From assembly GCA_965218295.1 (NCBI GenBank), contig CBDCKN010000010.1, positions 1 to 64,000 on the forward strand: DNA of 64,000 bases, written 5' to 3'. Below the pieces are notes generated by a model. That model saw only the letters and a list, made by a program, of their open reading frames with translations. It was not told the origin of the DNA and searched no databases. The DNA comes from Longimicrobiales bacterium. GTDB lineage: Bacteria; Gemmatimonadota; Gemmatimonadetes; Longimicrobiales; Gaopeijiaceae. Positions 61,287 to 64,000 of this stretch are shown here, one piece after another. The position numbers and the translations under genes were made by a program. How positions within the stretch are numbered: position 1 is the stretch's first letter; every line of letters starts with the position of its first letter.

Positions 61287-64000
61287 ATGAGGGACACTTC
61301 CGAAGCAACTGTCCGCCGACTCCGGCAGGACTCCCGACCATCGATGCCGTCTGCCGGCAGCTCGAGCAACAGATCTCCCCGGACGAGGCAGATCTCGCCA
61401 TCTCGTTCGCCGAGATCTTCCTCTCCAAGGCGACCGAGGAGTTTCTGCAGGAGCGCAGCTCCGACGCGCTGGCTCGCATAGCCCTTGGCGCCTGGCGCTT
61501 TCTCCAGCGTGCCCGTCCGGACCGGGTCGACGTGGAGGTGTTCAATCCGGACGTCGACAACGAGGGGTGGTACGCACCCATAACGGTTCTACGGACGAAC
61601 ATCTCGGAGCGTCCGTTCATCGTGGACTCCCTGCGGGAGTTCCTGCACACGCAGGATCTCTCCATCGAGCATCTTATCTATCCGGTGATCTACGTGGAGC
61701 GGAGGGAAGACGGCGAGATCACCGCGGTGCGTCCCTCCCGGGAGGGGGAGACCAAGGAGTCCCTGGTGCACTGCGAGGTGGCCCGGGTGACGGACCCGGA
61801 GCTCCAGGACTACCTCCGCAACGAGGCCAGCCGGCGCCTTCAGGACGTGGTGCGGGCCACGGACGACTTTCATCCCATGATCGACGCGGTGAACGCAACG
61901 GTGGCCGAGCTCGCGGAGAGTATGCGAGAGCGCGACGACATCAGCGAGGAGCTCGGGGAGATCCAGTCGTTTCTCCGTTGGGTTCGGGACGCGGGATTCG
62001 TTTTCCTCGGATACCGGGGCTACCAACTGGTCGACATTGAGGGCGGCAAGGCCATCGTCGTCGAGCCGGGCTCGGGGCTGGGCGTGATGCGGAACGAGGC
62101 CGAGTCGTCCTATGCAGAGCCGGTTCTCCTGAGCGACCTCGACCCCGGGCTCAGGGACCTGGTGGGGGGCGGGCCACACCTGATCATCAGCAAGACCAAC
62201 GCTCTTTCAACCGTACACCGCCTCGCCCGGATGGACTATATCGGGGTCAAGAAGCTCTCGCGGGATGGGGAGGTCGTGGGCGAGCACCGCTTCATCGGCC
62301 TCTTCACCTCGAAGGCCTACGCGGAGGAGGCGGAGAAGATCCCCATCCTACGCCGCAAACTTCAGGTGATCCTCGAGAACGCCGGCGCCGCCGAAGGAGA
62401 GCACGACTACAAGGAGATCAAGACGATCTTCAGCTCCATGCCAAAAGAGGAGCTGTTCGTCTCTTCGGTGGAGCAGATCGGCGCCGACGTCCAAATCGTC
62501 CTGACGTCGTACCACGTCGCCGACGTCCGCGTCACGCTGCGGAAAGACCCCCTGCGCCGGGGGGTTCTCGGTCATGGTGATCATCCCGAAGGAGAGGTTC
62601 TCGGGGGAGGTCCGGCGTGCCATCGAGGAAGCTCTGGTCCGGCGCTTCCAGGCCGAGGTCCTGAACTACCATCTGGCGCTGGGGGAGGGGGACCAGGCCC
62701 GGCTGCACTTCTACATGGCGGCTCCCGGTGACAAGATCCTGGGAGTCGAGGGCCGCGACCTCGAGAACCTGGTCCGGGAGCTCATCCGGTCTTGGTCGGA
62801 TCGGGTCCGAGGAGGCCTCGACAAGGTGCGTCCTCCCGACGAGGCTCGGCGCCTGGCGCGCCGGTACGGCCAGGGATTCAGTCCCGAATACCAGGCGGCC
62901 ACAGAGCCGGCGGTGGCGGTGCAGGACATCCTCGAGCTGGAAGCCATGCTGGCGGACGATCGCATGGTGTCGATCTCGCTGGCCACGGGCGGCCCCGAAG
63001 ACGAGGAGGGGGCCACGACCGAGCTGAAGCTCTACCTCTTAGGGGAGAGGCTGATCCTCTCGGACTTCATGCCCATCCTGGAGAATTCGGGTCTTCGGGT
63101 CATCGCGGTGGTGCCCTACGAGATCAAGGGGCAGGGCGTGCCCGACGCCATCATCTACTCGTTCTCGGTTCAGGACTCCGTGGGACGGCCGCTGCAGGCC
63201 GACGATCAGGGGACGCTCCTCGCCGAGACCATTTTGGCCGTCCGCTTCGGCGACGCGACCAACGACTCCCTGAACGCCCTCGTCCTGCTGGCCGGCCTCT
63301 CCTGGAGAGAGGCCGACGTCTTGAGGTCGTACGCGGCGTACGCATTCCAGCTGGGAGCGGTTCCCAGCAGGCAGTCGCTGCCCTCGGCTCTCGTGAGCTA
63401 CCCCAACATCGCCCAGGTCCTTTTCGACATCTTCGAGGCCAAGTTCGATCCCGAGGGCCCGGCGACCCTCAAGGACCGCGAGGCCCTCGTGGGGGATCTC
63501 CGGAGCCCTACTCACTCACCTCATGACTTCGGTGACGCTTCTGGCCGACGACCGCGTGCTACGCAGGATGGTGGCGCTCCTCGACGCGACGGTGCGCACC
63601 AACTACTTCCGGAACGGGGGCAGATCGCCCACCCGGCGCTCCGGGGGCGTGCCCTACATCTCCTTCAAGATGTCCGCCAGGGCCCTACGTGACGTGGCCC
63701 GTAGCCGGCTCCTCTACGGGGTGTGGGTGCGGTCCTCCCGGATGGAGGGTGTCCACCTTCGCGGGGCGAGGGTCGCCCGTGGCGGGATCCGCTACAGCGA
63801 CCGACCCGACGATTTCCGCACCGAGATCCTCGGGCTCGTGAACACCCAGATGGTCAAGAATGCGGTCATCGTACCGGCTGGCTCGAAGGGCGGGTACATC
63901 ACTCTTCGGAACATCGCCGACCGCGACGAGATGGCCGAGGAGGAACGGGAGCAGTACAAGACACTCATGCGGGGCCTCCTGGACCTTACGGACGATCTGG
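61287..64000 (+). CDS. Large NAD-specific glutamate dehydrogenase (partial; frameshifts near 61290-61335, 62567 and 63505)
   Basis: PFIVDSL, FVFLGYR, STVHRLARMDYIGVK, EHRFIGLFTS, VRTNYF, MEGVHLRG..VARGGIRYSDRPDDFRTEILGL..QMVKNAVIVP.GSKGG. Confidence 0.92.

Overview
GC-rich bacterial window, mostly core metabolic genes. Gene content and protein style suggest Gemmatimonadota (inference only). Left to right: ergothioneine genes (egtB partial, egtD, egtC), a PLP dehydratase, a TonB receptor, trxC-argR-argGH, aroF, fba-rpiA-rpe, an Hpt/response regulator/hybrid kinase operon interrupted by an IS256-family element, trmH, and a ~5 kb accessory patch with three nested IS. Then an M20 peptidase, a PspA-like protein, an ECF sigma factor, E1-alpha, ctaA, acyl-CoA dehydrogenase, patatin, a VPS10/BNR protein, a DEDDh exonuclease, sucA, a FecA-like receptor, pgeF, three glycosyltransferases, yhaN/yhaO and a partial large NAD-glutamate dehydrogenase. 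Best unannotated signals: (1) an OsmC-family gene with an in-frame TGA at the catalytic Cys position followed by a SECIS-like hairpin (probable selenoprotein); (2) a complete Tyr/Phe leader-peptide attenuator (YYFFY, antiterminator, terminator) upstream of aroF; (3) a family of IS630-like MITEs sitting exactly on, and regenerating, TAG stop codons; (4) Fur-like boxes upstream of an ECF sigma factor and the FecA-like receptor; (5) a fold-type II PLP enzyme coupled to egtC where no egtE is visible. About eight scattered 1-bp frameshifts look like long-read indel errors.
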